A stretch of 64,000 nucleotides of DNA from an uncultured Acidobacteriota bacterium (GCA_963696565.1 CAVOKS010000013.1:7513-71512); one strand, 5' to 3'; positions 1 to 9,367 are shown, counted from the first letter of the stretch. Numbers and translations: made by a program. The notes: generated by a model from the sequence alone, not told the origin.

Positions 1-224
1 ATACCCCGGAAGGTGTAAAGGACAGTTGGAGTCCACTTGCCGCCCTCTGTTACAGGACGCTTTAATCGGACGACTGTACCGCGATACCTCGCGCCCTCGG
101 CGGTAGGGCCGTAAAGGTCTCCAAAGGAGTCAATATCAGCCCTGCGGTGAAAGCACCTGGCCCGTTGTTGCTGAACCAGTGCAGGACGATTTCTTTCCAT
201 CCCCCTCCGCTGCTTGGCGTTAAT

Positions 225-1238
225 TCAAAAGCAATCTCCTCCTCCGCTGGGGTTGCCACCTCCGGCGGTTCCGTAAAGCGAGCCTTTGGCGTCGAGAATC
301 AGTCCGCCATTCGGCTGCGCACCATCGCTGCCACCAGTGAAGACATGCACTTGCTCTTCCTTCCATACTTCGCTTTTCTTGTTCGTAGGCTCTAGCTCAA
401 ATGCCGTTCCGCAGCCTACGGAGGCACCGTACCTACAGTTCTGATTTCCGCCAGCAAAAGTAGTCCCGTAGAGTGCTCCGGTAAGGTCGAAGACCAGCCC
501 GCCGTTCGGATTGGCTCCGTCCGTGCCTCCCCTGAAGCCGTGCAGCACCTTCTCCGTCCACTTGCCACCCTTCGTCTTCGGCGGACTTAGTTTAAAAATC
601 GTTCCACAGTGCTGGTAGAAAGACGAGTTGCACGATCCGTAGCCGCCTCCGTACTGCGTCGCGCCATAAAGGTTTCCCTGCTTGTCAAAGACCAGATCGC
701 CAACCGGAAGCTGGCCATCGGCGTCGCCCTTGAAGTTGTAAAGCACGGTCTCGGTCCATGCCCCACCCTTTTGCGTCGGAGGCGACAGTTCGTATACCGT
801 GCCGCAGCCCACCCGGCTGCCCAAGAGAATGCAGTCGCCCGTTCCGTCGTAGCCAGTTGTGCCGTACAGATTGCCCGCTTGATCCAAAATTAATCCGCCA
901 AACGGAGAAGCCCCGTCGTTCGAGTCACTGCCTTTGAAGACGTACAGCACGGTTTCAGTCCACGGATCGCCACTTTTGGTTGGTGGCTTCAGTTGGAAGA
1001 CAGTGCCGCACTGAAACGGCCCACGGCAGGACGACGAGCCGCCGTTCGTAGTTACCCCATAGAGATTGCCTTGCTTATCGAAAACCACGCCACCAGCGGG
1101 CTGGTAACCGTCTGTGCCACCCTGGAAGCTGTAGAGCACTTTCTCCTTCCACTCGGCGCACGCGGTCGAAGCCACCATAAGAATAAGGAACAACAGAAGC
1201 GGGCGGCTTACCAGACGGGAACACTGTTTGTAAGTCAT
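225..1238 (-). CDS. secreted tandem-repeat protein (GloVer / Gloeo_Verruco-type repeat)
   Basis: ORF 225..1418, with the start moved to ATG 1238 (MTYKQCS..., signal peptide LLLFLILMVASTACA). It has five ~60-aa repeats of the form G.DG..P.GGL.FD..GNLYGTT...CGTVF.L.PP...W.E.VL..F. Further repeat units continue in two other frames across 1..259, with breaks near 240 and 130, so the gene probably ran past the left edge. Confidence 0.8.
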   Translation of the reverse strand: MTYKQCSRLVSRPLLLFLILMVASTACAEWKEKVLYSFQGGTDGYQPAGGVVFDKQGNLYGVTTNGGSSSCRGPFQCGTVFQLKPPTKSGDPWTETVLYVFKGSDSNDGASPFGGLILDQAGNLYGTTGYDGTGDCILLGSRVGCGTVYELSPPTQKGGAWTETVLYNFKGDADGQLPVGDLVFDKQGNLYGATQYGGGYGSCNSSFYQHCGTIFKLSPPKTKGGKWTEKVLHGFRGGTDGANPNGGLVFDLTGALYGTTFAGGNQNCRYGASVGCGTAFELEPTNKKSEVWKEEQVHVFTGGSDGAQPNGGLILDAKGSLYGTAGGGNPSGGGDCF

Positions 1239-1421
1239 CGTGAAATCTCCAGCGTGCCAGGGCGCGGCCAGCGCGGGTTCCGGCGATAGTACATCCGATT
1301 CCCTTTGGCCGTCCACATAGAAGATTCTATGGGCCCGGGCCTTCCGTTCGTCTCCGACCGACGACCTCAGCCGCCACAAATCTTTACATTCTGCGCCGTT
1401 TCTTCCGCATCCAATCATTTA

Positions 1422-1435
1422 ACTAACCAGTTAGT
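1422..1435. promoter_or_regulatory. inverted repeat ACTAAC-CA-GTTAGT in a divergent promoter region
   Basis: Read directly from the sequence between the GloVer gene start (1238, minus) and the BON gene (plus). It resembles the palindrome at the tetR promoter (27248..27263). Confidence 0.3.
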
Positions 1436-1519
1436 AAGTGGAGCAGGGAGGACAAACGAATGACAACTTTTCGCCGCAAATTGGGTTTCTTCCTTGCAGG
1501 GGATCGGAGGGTACAGTTT

Positions 1520-2278
1520 ATGAAAGCGTTTCTTCGTAGTTGTGGTTGGTTTGTTGGATTGGCCGCGTTAAGCCTGAGCATGGTCGCGCAAACCACCAGC
1601 GCAAGCCGCTACGACGCCACAATTCAAGCCAAGGTCACGCAGCAACTCGCAAGCAAGAAAGAATTTCGTGACGTCACAGCCACGGTTGACGATGGCATCG
1701 TCACCCTGAACGGCACTGTGGATCTGTATCAACAGAAATTGGATGCGGCCAAGAAAATCCGCAAAACCGAAAAGTTGCAGGGAGTGCGAAACCTGATTGC
1801 GGTGAATGGCAAGAGCGTTCCCGACGCTGAACTCACGGCGCAACTCGACCGCAAGCTGTACTACGATCGCATGGGATACGACATCGCATTTAATTTCGTG
1901 ACTGCCTCGGTCGAAAATGGCGTGGTCACGCTCAATGGCGAAACCCGCACCGAGGTTGACCGCGACTCCGCCCTGGCGCTGGTGAACGACACTGCTGGAG
2001 TGAAGGACGTGGTGAACAACATGAAAGTCGCCCCGGTTTCCGGCTTCGACGATGAAATCAGAATTCGCGCGCTGCGGGCCATCTATCACGATCCCGCGCT
2101 CGGCCAGTACGCGATTGATCCAGCGCGGCCGATCCGCATCGTAGTCGATCGCGGCAACTTGAGCCTCTACGGCGTGGTTAACAGTTCGATGGACAAAACG
2201 ATCGCGGGCATCCGGGCCAACCAGGTCTTCGGTGCCTTCAGCGTAAAGAACAACCTGGAAGTGGCCGGGAAATCGTAA
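1520..2278 (+). CDS. BON domain-containing protein (OsmY-like), secreted
   Basis: ORF 1460..2278. Signal peptide runs from ATG 1520 (MKAFLRSCGWFVGLAALSLSMVAQ). Three BON-like modules are present (VDDGIVTLNGTVD, VENGVVTLNGETR, VDRGNLSLYGVVN). Confidence 0.8.
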   Translation: MKAFLRSCGWFVGLAALSLSMVAQTTSASRYDATIQAKVTQQLASKKEFRDVTATVDDGIVTLNGTVDLYQQKLDAAKKIRKTEKLQGVRNLIAVNGKSVPDAELTAQLDRKLYYDRMGYDIAFNFVTASVENGVVTLNGETRTEVDRDSALALVNDTAGVKDVVNNMKVAPVSGFDDEIRIRALRAIYHDPALGQYAIDPARPIRIVVDRGNLSLYGVVNSSMDKTIAGIRANQVFGAFSVKNNLEVAGKS

Positions 2279-2303
2279 TTGCCCACGGACCAGCTTGATC
2301 GGA

Positions 2304-2332
2304 GGACGGAGGTTTCGGCCGTGCCTTTTTTT
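2304..2332 (+). terminator. candidate intrinsic terminator after the BON gene
   Basis: GGACGG (2304..2309) pairs with CCGTGCC (2319..2325) with one bulge, followed by a T7 run (2326..2332). Confidence 0.45.
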
Positions 2333-2413
2333 GCCGAACGAAGAAATCCGAGCCACTAGCCCTCCAAATGCACGGTTTTTATAAACCGAAGCTCAAATCA
2401 AAGTTTTGAATCT

Positions 2414-2439
2414 ACGATAGATGTATATGCATCTATCGT
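2414..2439. promoter_or_regulatory. 26-bp near-perfect palindrome, likely MarR operator
   Basis: ACGATAGATG-TATATG-CATCTATCGT has perfect 10-bp arms and ends 3 nt before the marR ATG (2443). Confidence 0.5.
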
Positions 2440-2442
2440 CAT

Positions 2443-2898
2443 ATGAACGAAGCCAACCGCACGCTTCCCGACCTGCTTTGCATGTGCGGGAACTTCCGCC
2501 GGGCGTCGCGGGCGCTTACCCAGTTGTATGACGACGCGCTCCGCCCAACGGGTCTGCGAGCCACTCAATTCACGATTCTGCAGGTGCTGTCGCGAGCCGG
2601 AGAACTCTCCCAAGGGGAGCTCGGGCAAATCCTGGCCATGGACAGCACAACCCTCACCCGCACGCTACGGATTATGAGCCGGGAGGGATGGATTGCAGAA
2701 CGCCGCGGCGAGGACCGGCGCGAACGATGGCTGCGTCTGGCCAAGGCTGGCCGCGATCAACTCAATCACGCGCTTCCCCGCTGGGAAAAAATGCAAGCGG
2801 AGTTAGAGCGTCAACTGGGCGCAAAACGCTGGCACGATCTTCACCAGTTGAGCAACGAAGTTACGGCCGTACTCACGAGAAAAGGAGATCTGTCATGA
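2443..2898 (+). CDS. MarR family transcriptional regulator
   Basis: 151 aa with a winged-helix core: LRATQFTILQVLSRAGELSQGELGQILAMDSTTLTRTLRIMSREGWIAERRGEDRRERWLRL. Confidence 0.9.
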   Translation: MNEANRTLPDLLCMCGNFRRASRALTQLYDDALRPTGLRATQFTILQVLSRAGELSQGELGQILAMDSTTLTRTLRIMSREGWIAERRGEDRRERWLRLAKAGRDQLNHALPRWEKMQAELERQLGAKRWHDLHQLSNEVTAVLTRKGDLS

Positions 2899-3532
2899 AA
2901 AACACAAGTTATGAAAGATTGACCGCCGGGCTGATCGCTGCATGGTTCGTCTTTGCATTTTCGGCCGGGGCTCTCCACGTATTCCAAACTGATCCTAAGC
3001 CTCCCGCCGCTGGCGCTTGGTTTGGCCGGGTTGATCCCGATCGTCGCGTTTCTATTCTGGTTTGCGACATCGAGGAGGATTTCGAGAATTCACCTTGTCT
3101 TTGAATCCACGCAGCTTGACCGTCGTGCAGTCCTGGAGGATTGCCGGCTTGGCGTTTCTTGCTCTCTATACGGTCGGGCTGCTGCCGGGGTTTTTCGCTT
3201 TGCCCGCAGGTTGGGGTGACATTGCCATTGGAGCAACCGCGCCCTGGGTAGCGACCGAAACTCGTGAAACTTCAGCCACCGGCGGAGCTTTATCTTCTGG
3301 CAGATCTTCGGGATTTTCGATCTAGTGTCGGCGGTTACCCTTGGGACCACCGCCCGGCTGATCAGCCCCCATGGCCGACGACTGCGCTAATGACGGTGCT
3401 GCCCTGAGCCTGATTCCCACCTTCGGCGTCCCGCTGTTCATTATGCTTCACGTGATCTCCATCGCCCAGGCCAGGCGTTGGAAAAAGCTTCAGTACGAGT
3501 ATGTCGAGGAGCAATTACCGGCTTCGGCATAA
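2895..3532 (+). pseudogene. hypothetical polytopic membrane protein, frameshifted
   Basis: ATG 2895 overlaps the marR stop (ATGA). The protein is readable only by hopping frames. It goes from MKNTSYERLTAGLIAAWFVFAFSAGALHVF to LPPLALGLAGLIPIVAFLFWFATSRR (ORF 2953..3219). It then continues to FREFTLSLNPRSLTVVQSWRIAGLAFLALYTVGLLPGFFALPAGWGDIAIGATAPWVA (ORF 3062..3325). The last segment is SLIPTFGVPLFIMLHVISIAQARRWKKLQYEYVEEQLPASA, with the stop at 3530..3532. There are at least 3 frame breaks. Confidence 0.5.
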
Positions 3533-3623
3533 GCAAAGCCAGGGCCGGAGGGGTTAGCCCATCGCCGGCCCTCGAGATTTTCCTTGTACGGTGGGGCCTG
3601 GTAGGCCCGAAGGATCTCGAGGA

Positions 3624-4370
3624 TCACAACCGGTTAATCAACGCCGCCACATACCCCGCCCCAAATCCATTATCAATATTCACCACGCTCACATTCGATG
3701 CGCAGGAATTCATCATCCCCAGCAACGCCGCCACGCCCTTAAAGGATGCGCCATAACCGACGCTGGTGGGAACCGCGATTACAGGAACGCCAACCAGCCC
3801 GCCAACCACGCTGGGCAACGCGCCTTCCATCCCAGCGCAAACAATGACCACACGCGCCCTCGTCAACGTTTCACGATTCGCCAGCAAGCGATGAATGCCG
3901 GCCACGCCCACGTCATAAAGATGCTCAACATCGTTGCCCATGATTTCGGCGGTGACGACGGCTTCTTCCGCTACCGGAATGTCGCTGGTTCCGGCCGAAA
4001 CGACGGCGATGGTTCCCTTGCCATATTTCTTTTTGTCGCGTTGCAAAACGATTGCCCGCGCCAATTCCCGGTATTCCGCCCGTCGCACTTTCTTCTTAAC
4101 CGCGGCGAATTGCTCTTTCCCGGCTCGAGTCGCCAGAATATTGCCCTCATGCTGTGCCAGCCGCGAAAATATCTCCGCCAATTGCCCCGGCGTCTTGCCC
4201 AGTCCGAAAATCACCTCAGGCATTCCTGCGCGCAGCGCGCGATGATGATCGACCTTGGCAAATCCCAGATCTTCAAACGGCAAATGCCGCAGGCGTTGAA
4301 CCGCTTCGTCGGGAGAAAGCTTTCCTCCGCGCACCTGCTCGAAAAGTTTGCGAATGGATTCAGAGTTCAA
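3624..4370 (-). CDS. larB: nickel-pincer cofactor biosynthesis protein LarB (AIR-carboxylase-like)
   Basis: 248 aa with a TTG start. N-terminal [43 protein letters not shown] and C-terminal [15 protein letters not shown]...[31 protein letters not shown] are typical of LarB. Confidence 0.9.
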   Translation of the reverse strand: MNSESIRKLFEQVRGGKLSPDEAVQRLRHLPFEDLGFAKVDHHRALRAGMPEVIFGLGKTPGQLAEIFSRLAQHEGNILATRAGKEQFAAVKKKVRRAEYRELARAIVLQRDKKKYGKGTIAVVSAGTSDIPVAEEAVVTAEIMGNDVEHLYDVGVAGIHRLLANRETLTRARVVIVCAGMEGALPSVVGGLVGVPVIAVPTSVGYGASFKGVAALLGMMNSCASNVSVVNIDNGFGAGYVAALINRL

Positions 4371-4373
4371 AGA

Positions 4374-4547
4374 AGCACTCAGCAGTCAGCACTCAGCATT
4401 TAGTCGTCTAGATTAGCATCCCGTACGCCGACCGCGATTTTGAGGACCACGATGCGCAACGGAATGGCGGGCACCAGGATTTGTGCAGTGAGCGGTTTTG
4501 CTGAATGCTGAATGCTAAGTGCTAAGTGCCAAATGCTGAGTGCCGAT
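4374..4547. repeat. two inverted arrays of heptanucleotide tandem repeats flanking ~95 bp
   Basis: The left block (4374..4401) reads AGCACTC AGCAGTC AGCACTC AGCATTT. The right block (4499..4547) reads TGCTGAA TGCTGAA TGCTAAG TGCTAAG TGCCAAA TGCTGAG TGCCGAT, which is the reverse-complement heptamer family. A perfect 13-nt complement links GCACTCAGCATTT (4389..4401) and AAATGCTGAGTGC (4531..4543). The right block overlaps the last codons and stop of the ChaN-like gene. The left block abuts the larB start. Confidence 0.7.
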
Positions 4548-6147
4548 CGATGTCACCGAGCGACGCACACGGCTTCTTGCGGCTGGCGCGAACTTTTCGT
4601 GCGACTTCAAAGCAGGTCGCTCGCGCTTTCCCCGGTTCCTCGATGCGCGCCAGGAACAGATGCCGAAGGACGCTTCGGCTCACGCATCCCCGCAAATAGC
4701 CGTCGTAAAGCTGGCTGCCTAAGGTGTAGCCCAACTTCTGGGCGAGTGAGTCGAATTTGATTCGATCGCCGCGCAGTGCCTCATGCATCAGTCTTTCGCA
4801 AGCCGCCCGCGAAAATTCGCACGCCTCCTGATCGCCGATCGCGGGCCGCGCGGGATATAGCACGCGTGACCCAAAGTAGGCCAGCGCGTGCTCGAGCGTC
4901 CGAGCATAGAACCTGTCGCCACGCTGGATATCAGGCTCGCCAGGTGGCAACCGCGTGTCCATTGCGATCGCAATGGTAACCCCCGGCAAGCGTGATGCAG
5001 GAAACGGCGAAGCCTCTTCTGCCGCGCACGTCATCTGAAATTCACGAACATAAAAAGCATTGATCGCCGGTAGATAAACGCTGCCTCGCGATTCAACCTT
5101 CTGCAGCATGGCTTCGATTCGCTCCGCTTCGTCAGTCACACGCGAAAGCAGACGACGCAAGCGCGCGTCGGAAGATCCGCAATGCACCTCGGGCAACAGA
5201 TCGACCAGAAACTTCGGCTGCGTTCCGTTGTGCGGCGAATAGCGGTTTACATCAAGAAAGCGCAGCAAGCTATCGATGAGGTTGTAAATCGTGGGCGCGA
5301 TGTCGGGTGGCTGCTCGTCTTCCTGATTCCATCGCGCCAGACAGAGGCGATAGCTCTCATACTTTTCCAGCGGCGTGGAATTAAAAACGCAGACGACGTC
5401 ATCGCTTACCCGGACCGCCTCAACCCGCTCCTGTTGTGCCTCCGTTGCTTGCCAATACAGCGCGTCTACGTTTTGCAAAACCGTGAGCACGCGATCTCCC
5501 GGCAATCGTCCACGCAGCACGCGAGGAAGATGCTGAGGTGCGAGGTGCGATTCGCCGAACAGTACCAGGATCACAGCATTCGGATGACGCTGACGAATCT
5601 CGGCGATCTTGTCCGCCGCATGCTTATCGCGGGCCCCGATTTTGCGTAAATCCTCCCTCGGCTCGCAATCTAATCCATAAACTGCGTCGGCGTGCTCGCG
5701 GGCGGTTACCAGCAATTCGTAAAAGGGGGGCCACTCATAGCTCCAGTCGAGATCGAAACGAATGCGCTGGCGCAACTCCTCTTCATCGATCTCACGTCGC
5801 CACCACTCATCGAGGATGTGCTGATGCCGAGAGAAGATCGTCTCGACTCCGAGCACCACTGGACGGTCTCCTGGTTGCGCCCGCTGCTCCAGCAGGGTCG
5901 CGGCAAAACGCTGTGCCGAGGGCAGTGCATGATAATCGCCAATCAGGATCACGTCGACCGCTCTCACCGCAGCCGCCAGCTGTTCAGCATCAATCACCGA
6001 CTCGTAAGAACGAAACGCATTGCTGAAGTCCCGCAGATACTTGCGGCGCCCGCTGGGATCATTCGCCCGAACCTCCCGCTCGACACAAGCCAGCGCGTGC
6101 ATCTGCGCGGCGTTGCGGCGTGATCCCAGATTGGTTGAAGTCGCCAT
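4522..6147 (-). CDS. ChaN/Tiki-like (haem-binding uptake domain) protein with an unassigned C-terminal half
   Basis: ORF 4522..6240, with the start taken at ATG 6147 (MATSTNLGS). The N-terminal half resembles the ChaN family (VILIGDYHALPSAQRF, VVLGVETIF, ILVLFGESHLAP). No family was recognised for the C-terminal ~250 aa. Confidence 0.5.
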   Translation of the reverse strand: MATSTNLGSRRNAAQMHALACVEREVRANDPSGRRKYLRDFSNAFRSYESVIDAEQLAAAVRAVDVILIGDYHALPSAQRFAATLLEQRAQPGDRPVVLGVETIFSRHQHILDEWWRREIDEEELRQRIRFDLDWSYEWPPFYELLVTAREHADAVYGLDCEPREDLRKIGARDKHAADKIAEIRQRHPNAVILVLFGESHLAPQHLPRVLRGRLPGDRVLTVLQNVDALYWQATEAQQERVEAVRVSDDVVCVFNSTPLEKYESYRLCLARWNQEDEQPPDIAPTIYNLIDSLLRFLDVNRYSPHNGTQPKFLVDLLPEVHCGSSDARLRRLLSRVTDEAERIEAMLQKVESRGSVYLPAINAFYVREFQMTCAAEEASPFPASRLPGVTIAIAMDTRLPPGEPDIQRGDRFYARTLEHALAYFGSRVLYPARPAIGDQEACEFSRAACERLMHEALRGDRIKFDSLAQKLGYTLGSQLYDGYLRGCVSRSVLRHLFLARIEEPGKARATCFEVARKVRASRKKPCASLGDIDRHSAFGT

Positions 6148-6300
6148 GTAATCGTTCGGTGTGGCGCGGGCGCCCTCGCCCGCCGATTTGAGCTTCAATC
6201 CGACGGCTTGACTTGTCCGTCGCCCGCTCCCTATGCTCACTATGCTCAGCCTGTAGAGACGCAGCTAGCTACGATCTTTACAAAAGGATCCGAGGAGCCA

Positions 6301-6903
6301 TTGCCCAACCTTCCGCGCGAGAATCTGACTGTCGCGACCACCGGAGCCAGCGGGGCTTTATTTTGCAAACACCTGCTAGCCACAGTCGAACGCGATCCGC
6401 GCATCCGCACCGTGAACTTCATCGCCTCCGACAGCGCCCTGCGCGTCATGGCCGAGGAACTCGGACTCCGCGGCCGCAGCAACCTGGTCAGCCAAATTCT
6501 CGGCAAAGCCTCCCGCAAGATTCATCAGCAATCGAACGCTGACATCGGAGCGAACATCGCCAGCGGCTCCTATCCCGCCGACGCCATGGTCGTCATCCCA
6601 TGCAGCGTGGGCACGCTCGCCCGCATTGCCAACGGCATCGCCTCGCATCTGATCGAGCGCGCCGCCGACGTTTGCCTCAAAGAGCAGCGCCCGTTAGTTC
6701 TTTGCGTGCGCGAGACCCCGCTTAACAAAATCCACATCCGCAACATGTACCGTGCCGCCGACGCCGGCGCTACAGTCTTCCCCCTAATCCCGACCTTCTA
6801 CAACCGCCCGGCAAGCTTGGATGCCATGGCGCGCGAGTTCGTCAACCGCGTCCTCGCCCACATCGGCCTGCCCCAGTCCAAGGCCTACCGCTGGAAGGGC
6901 TGA
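6301..6903 (+). CDS. ubiX: UbiX-family flavin prenyltransferase
   Basis: ORF 6208..6903. The conserved core begins at LTVATTGASGALF, so TTG 6301 is the likeliest start. Motifs: MVVIPCSVGTLARIANG, RAADVCLKEQRPLVLCVRETPL, FPLIPTFYNRP. Confidence 0.85.
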   Translation: MPNLPRENLTVATTGASGALFCKHLLATVERDPRIRTVNFIASDSALRVMAEELGLRGRSNLVSQILGKASRKIHQQSNADIGANIASGSYPADAMVVIPCSVGTLARIANGIASHLIERAADVCLKEQRPLVLCVRETPLNKIHIRNMYRAADAGATVFPLIPTFYNRPASLDAMAREFVNRVLAHIGLPQSKAYRWKG

Positions 6904-7926
6904 GGCTCTTTCAGTGAGCGGCTTGTCAACGATCTTCATCTGAACGATCGTCACTGCAAAAGATCGGATACTTTTCGAGGGAGACTTCAAGTGTAGAAAC
7001 ACGGAGGTACCGGGGACGAGATGACCATGGGACATGTCCTGCGGGGTTTCCCAAATCATGGGGTTAGGGCGATTTGGCCTCGCAGGGGCTTGACAAAAGT
7101 TCGGGCAAAACGGGTGTTGAGACAAATCCGATGCGTCGCCACTTTTCGCTTTGGCGACAACAAAGTTGCCCGATGCTTGGGTTTGCCCAGGTCAGGCTGT
7201 CGTGGGGCTGGCGAAAGTATCCCCGGACTCGCCGATGAAGCGGCCGCGCCATCTTTGCGTTCTCTGCAAGTGTGTGTGGTGGGATAGCGCATAGAACCTT
7301 CTTCGAGATCCGATGAGGCTCGTCGGATGCGGCCTTCGAAGCGCCCACTTTCGCAAGGGATGCGAAAGATGGGGTATCTCGCGGAAGCGCAGATGCTGTG
7401 TCGGCGCCAAGGCCAGGACGGGCGCAAGCACACACCACGATACGAACTTGAGCAATAGCACCCGCCTGATCATTTGCGCACCGCCCTGCGTCCGGCCATG
7501 AGCATGATGACCGTGATCCCAACGGTCATGGAAATCGAGATTGCTAAAACCAAGCCTCCTGCGATCATTTCAGTCATTTTCTTCTCCCCAGCCTTCCTGT
7601 TGCGGCCACCAAGTTCTCTATCCAGTCTAAACTTTCGCACGATGGGCGATGGGAGCACATCACGAGATGCAGTGTTTTTTTGCTACCACGAGAGGCTTGC
7701 AGGCGCGTACCTCGTTTAGGGGGGATCGACCGGCATGTTCTGACAAAACGGCCACGAAATGATCTGGGTTGTGGCTCGGCTCGATCACGCGGAGGTCGCG
7801 TCTTCAAGTAGCCAAAACAGTGGGCAAGACAGTGCAGGACGGGTACAGGCCTTTGACGTTGCTGAATTCTGCCTGTTAGACTGAGGAATTGTCAGCACCA
7901 TCCAGAGGTATTCAGAAGGGAAGTTC

Positions 7927-8651
7927 GTGCGCGCAGAAACCCGCCATCAACTGAAAACGGACCGGTTCAGCCGAGCCACGATCGACGCCGCGGAAAGAAC
8001 CGCGCATTGGTCGGTTGAACACAAGAACAAACTGGCTGTTGCGATTGTGATCGTGCTAGTCGTCGCGGCAGCGGCGGCCGGAACCTGGTATTACTTGAGT
8101 CAACAGGATCAAAAGGCTAGCCTGGATTTGGGCCAGGCAGTGCGCACGTTGGATACGCCGGTGCGTCCGCCGAACATGCCCGCGCAGCCGGAGGAGCCGA
8201 GTTTTGCCAGCTCCAGCGAGCGCGCGACCGCGGCGCACAAACAATTCCAAGCCATCGTGGACAAATATCCGCACACCCATTCTGCGGAATTCGCGCGTTA
8301 CTTTCTGGGACTGACCTCAGCGGATCTTGGGGACAACGCCTCTGCCGAGCGTGATCTCCAGGCAGTGATTTCATCAGCCAACAGCGACGTTGCGGCGCTG
8401 GCCAAGATGGCCCTGGCATCGGTATATCGCAACACCGGCCGTAATAAGCAGGCTGAGGAACTCTACAAACAGCTGGCGGCAAAGCCCACCAGCACGGTGG
8501 GTAAGGTGGCGCTCAAGTGGAATTGGCCGCGACTTATCAGGCGGACAATCAGCCGCTTGAAGCGAAACGCATTTACGAAACCATCCAGAAGGAAAACCCC
8601 GCTAGTGAAGCCGCGCAGCTGGCCTCGTCAAAGCTGCAGGAATTGAAGTAG
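7927..8651 (+). pseudogene. YfgM-like single-pass TPR protein, one frameshift near the C-terminus
   Basis: Starts at GTG 7927, with one TM helix (LAVAIVIVLVVAAAAAGTWYYL) followed by a TPR-like region. The frame breaks near 8510. The natural tail AQVELAATYQADNQPLEAKRIYETIQKENPASEAAQLASSKLQELK lies in another frame and stops at 8649..8651. Confidence 0.5.
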
Positions 8652-8702
8652 CTGAAAGCCTTCAGCCTTGAGCTACCAGCTGCTCAACTACGGCTCCGCC
8701 TA

Positions 8703-8724
8703 ATGGTCATGATATAATGACCAT
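8703..8724 (+). promoter_or_regulatory. toxin-antitoxin promoter/operator: palindrome around a TATAAT box
   Basis: ATGGTCAT-GATATA-ATGACCAT has perfect 8-bp arms. TATAAT lies at 8713..8718. GGAG (8733..8736) and ATG 8742 follow. Confidence 0.5.
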
Positions 8725-8741
8725 AGTCATTTGGAGTGGTC

Positions 8742-8975
8742 ATGAAGACGATGGCGGCTGGACAGTTCAAAGCTCGTTGCCTTAAAGTCATGGACGAAGT
8801 GCGATCTACCCGCGAGCCCGTGGTGATCACAAAGAAGGGCCGTCCTGTGGCTAAACTTGTCCCGGCGGATGGACAGCCCGATAACGTGTTCGGATGCATG
8901 CGGGGTGAAGTGGAGGTCGTGGGGGACATCGTGTCTTCGGCTGTACCGCTGGAAGATTGGGAAATCTTGCGGTGA
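8742..8975 (+). CDS. Phd/YefM-family type II antitoxin
   Basis: MKTMAAGQFKARCLKVMDEVRSTREPVVITKKGRPVAKLVP is typical of the Phd/YefM N-terminal fold. Its stop overlaps the toxin start (GTGA). Confidence 0.85.
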   Translation: MKTMAAGQFKARCLKVMDEVRSTREPVVITKKGRPVAKLVPADGQPDNVFGCMRGEVEVVGDIVSSAVPLEDWEILR

Positions 8976-9367
8976 TTCTTCTCGACACCCACGTGCTGGT
9001 GTGGATGGTTGCCGACGAAGATCGGCTTTCCCGGCATGCAAAGTCTGCAATTCAAAGAGCCAGGCTCAGCGATGGGTTGGGTATTGCGGACGTCACGATT
9101 TGGGAGCTGGCTTTTCTGATTGCTCGAGGCACGCTTCGCACGCACAGTACAACTGAAAACACGGTTCGCAATTTTGTAACCCGCTCAGGCGTGAGTGTTA
9201 AGCCAATAACGGCTGAGATCGCGGTCCTTGCCACTCAGTTTCCGGAGGATTATCCGAAAGATCCTATTGACAGGCTTATCGGCGCTACCGCGAGGGCTGA
9301 GGGCATTGCCTTGATTACGCGTGATGAACGGATCCGCAGTAGTCCACTTCTGAGAACGATCTGGTAG
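8972..9367 (+). CDS. vapC: PIN-domain toxin VapC
   Basis: Starts at GTG 8972 (VILLDTHVLVW). PIN acidic residues are present (LDTH..., DPIDRLIGATA, ALITRDERI). About 131 aa. Confidence 0.85.
   Translation: MILLDTHVLVWMVADEDRLSRHAKSAIQRARLSDGLGIADVTIWELAFLIARGTLRTHSTTENTVRNFVTRSGVSVKPITAEIAVLATQFPEDYPKDPIDRLIGATARAEGIALITRDERIRSSPLLRTIW

Noticed and set aside
1568-2356. Long antisense ORFs opposite annotated genes (for example 1568..2356, 12160..12702, 18578..19246, 21022..21816, 41979..42689)
   Set aside because: Each overlaps a gene with strong family motifs on the other strand and has no motif of its own. This is typical of high-GC shadow ORFs.
4374-4547. The heptamer arrays as a CRISPR array
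   Set aside because: The units are 7 nt long and directly adjacent with no spacers. The two blocks are inverted, and no cas genes are present.
7170-7260. An SRP (4.5S) RNA-like CCAGGTCAGG string
   Set aside because: The GGAA tetraloop and the AGCAGC symmetric-loop motif of SRP domain IV are absent, and no matching helix can be drawn.
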